A stretch of DNA of 56,885 nt from the IMG/VR virus record IMGVR_UViG_3300049053_000087, positions 1 to 56,885 of that record. The stretch is one strand, 5' to 3'. The stretch's first letter is position 1; the number at the start of each line of letters is the position of its first letter. The notes beneath the pieces were generated by a model. That model made no database searches. It saw only the letters and a program-made list of their open reading frames with translations, and was not told where the DNA came from. Origin of the DNA: a virus (taxonomy: Duplodnaviria; Caudoviricetes). This document shows, piece after piece, positions 55,452-56,885 of the stretch. Both the position numbers and the translations under genes were made by a program.

Positions 55452-56033
55452 ATGAACAAAAATATTTGGATAATCAGTGTTGTAATTCTGCTTTCTTCCT
55501 GTGTAACAGAAAGTAAGGTGAACCGGTGGTTGAATGATCACCCCATTAAAGCAGCCGGTTATTGCGCTGATAAATTCCCGCCTGATACCACAACCATTGT
55601 AATAGCAGATTCGGTTGATACAAAAGCTTACGATTCTGCCTATGCGGGACTGTCATCTTATGCCGACAGCCTATTCATGCAACTTAAAAAGCAGAGGGAA
55701 GAATATAAACCAACATCAGATAAACCATGCCCTCCGGCAGTGAATCTGGATTCATTGCGCAAGGCTGTAGATATTGAAATAAGAAAGCGGCTTAAGCCCT
55801 GTAAGGATAGTATTCAAAAGGTTTTATATAAAGTTGTTGATAAAGCAAAGGAAAAACAACTACAGGGAAAGCTCGATGAAAAGGATGCAATTATAAGTGC
55901 GCGGGACAAACGTATTACAGAACTGGAAGGCAAGGTGTCGCGGTTGAAAAAATGGCCGTGGCTCTTTTGGGGACTGGTTGTATTGACTGGAATATACGCT
56001 CTTTTAAAATTGAGGTTCAAATTACCGATATAA
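55452..56033 (+). CDS. unimolecular spanin candidate
   Basis: Lipobox ILLSSC at the N-terminus, coiled coil, C-terminal TM WPWLFWGLVVLTGIYALL. Confidence 0.7.
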   Translation: MNKNIWIISVVILLSSCVTESKVNRWLNDHPIKAAGYCADKFPPDTTTIVIADSVDTKAYDSAYAGLSSYADSLFMQLKKQREEYKPTSDKPCPPAVNLDSLRKAVDIEIRKRLKPCKDSIQKVLYKVVDKAKEKQLQGKLDEKDAIISARDKRITELEGKVSRLKKWPWLFWGLVVLTGIYALLKLRFKLPI

Positions 56034-56112
56034 AAAAAGCCCGGTAGCGAACCGGGCAATTATGATAAAATAGGTAAACAAACCTTGCAGATGTAATGAC
56101 TTTTCAAAGTTA
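56032..56112 (-). ncRNA. candidate small RNA A (promoter box to terminator)
   Basis: Minus-strand TAACTTTG at 56112-56105; terminator GCCCGGT-TCGCT-ACCGGGC-T7. Confidence 0.4.
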
Positions 56113-56129
56113 ACAAAAAAACAGTTTAT

Positions 56130-56324
56130 ATGCCTGATAACAAATTTCCAAGACGCTCATGTGTATACTTATTAATGCCTGCTGAAAAGGCTGTTTATGA
56201 TGCCGTGCAAGCGGTTGAAAATGTTGGGGCTGATGTTCGATTAACTGATGCTGTGGTGTTGCTTCAGCTAGCAAGGGAGAAACTTGCTGATTACTTTGAT
56301 GAACAACTGGGTAATACTCTTTGA
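56130..56324 (+). CDS. hypothetical protein
   Basis: PAEKAVYDAV.AVE..GAD..LTDAV.LL..AR..LADY helical protein. Confidence 0.6.
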   Translation: MPDNKFPRRSCVYLLMPAEKAVYDAVQAVENVGADVRLTDAVVLLQLAREKLADYFDEQLGNTL

Positions 56325-56327
56325 AAT

Positions 56328-56412
56328 AAAAAAGCCCACCGTTGGCGCGATGAGCTGAAATATTCTGGACGCTTAAGAACTCAAATTTAATCAAATTATT
56401 TTTTATGTCAAA
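56328..56412 (-). ncRNA. candidate small RNA B (promoter to terminator)
   Basis: Minus-strand TTTG-N19-TAAATTTG at 56412-56382; terminator AGCTCATCG-loop-CGGTGGGCT-TTTTT. Confidence 0.5.
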
Positions 56413-56710
56413 CGAGAAATCTGAAAAATTGGTTGTTGGGATCTTGGTAGCTGCATGCACTATTGCAATATTAATCTTTCACTTCGCATGGGCAAAGTAC
56501 CTGTTTATGAACTATAGCAACCTGCTGTTTGCCATCATTGACATTGTATTGGTACTGGTGTACGCATGGGCTTCATTAAGGGCTTACAAAACTGCAAAAA
56601 CTGGCGACAATGGCCCGCGCTGGCTGGTGGCTTTATTGGCTGCTATTTCCTGTATATGGGCAGCTGCGTGGTCAACCGGTTTGATGAATAATATTCAGCA
56701 GGGGATATGA
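56405..56710 (+). CDS. 3-TM membrane protein
   Basis: Three hydrophobic segments. Confidence 0.65.
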   Translation: MSNEKSEKLVVGILVAACTIAILIFHFAWAKYLFMNYSNLLFAIIDIVLVLVYAWASLRAYKTAKTGDNGPRWLVALLAAISCIWAAAWSTGLMNNIQQGI

Positions 56711-56885
56711 TCACTTACATGATCAACCAGGCTGCCCTTTCTGGCTTCAACTTTATCAATAGTCGGGTTGACGCTTATCGAATTACAAAGCACAAGACCA
56801 TTGCGCACGGTATAAACCTCGGGGCGTATGCAGTGTTCGCTTTGATCTTATATTACTTCACGATCAAGCCGGTGATGTCGTGGGG
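56707..56885 (+). CDS. membrane protein (3' partial)
   Basis: ATGA overlap; MITYMINQAALSGFNFINSRVDAYRI... open to the window end. Confidence 0.55.
   Translation, partial: MITYMINQAALSGFNFINSRVDAYRITKHKTIAHGINLGAYAVFALILYYFTIKPVMSW

Noticed and set aside
360-56460. Many antisense or alternate-frame ORFs in the track (e.g. 1999-2517, 42254-42757, 44426-44866, 50219-50692)
   Set aside because: They lie within well-supported genes and show no motifs; treated as shadow ORFs.
54426-56885. Endolysin in the lysis module
   Set aside because: No muramidase, amidase or peptidase motif recognised; it probably lies beyond the window, so its absence is not treated as a finding.

Overview
The whole window is an internal ~57 kb segment of a tailed (siphovirus-like) phage or prophage genome. 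A Bacteroidota host is inferred from TAnnTTTG promoter boxes and a DUF4373-type initiator; Chitinophagaceae is a tentative guess. Both ends are cut inside genes, and no integrase, repressor, endolysin, tRNA or CRISPR array was recognised. Layout: (1) 1-21344, + strand early/replication block: SbcC-like ATPase, RecT-like annealing protein, MBL hydrolase, three tandem DNA methyltransferases, SF2 helicase, minimal PolX, initiator with iterons, DnaB, ECF sigma factor, and an RNA-ligase-like gene broken by an amber codon. (2) 21345-21860, a structured intergenic region. (3) 22108-25534, a minus-strand five-gene glycan cassette (Stealth-like transferase, two GT9-like glycosyltransferases, two methyltransferases) divergent from the terminase genes. 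(4) 25605-54374, packaging and morphogenesis genes in an unusual order (tail genes before head genes, portal after capsid), with a -1 frameshift chaperone and two homing endonucleases. (5) 54426-56885, lysis and membrane genes. Top leads: a probable virion-glycosylation system (glycan cassette plus C-terminal Ser on capsid, decoration and tail tube proteins); fibre-like proteins with Sec signal peptides enriched in Bacteroidota O-glycosylation sequons; and an AGCT-N7-AGCT doublet with an exact 20-bp period at four late-region intergenic gaps. All family assignments come from motif recognition by eye, not from database searches.
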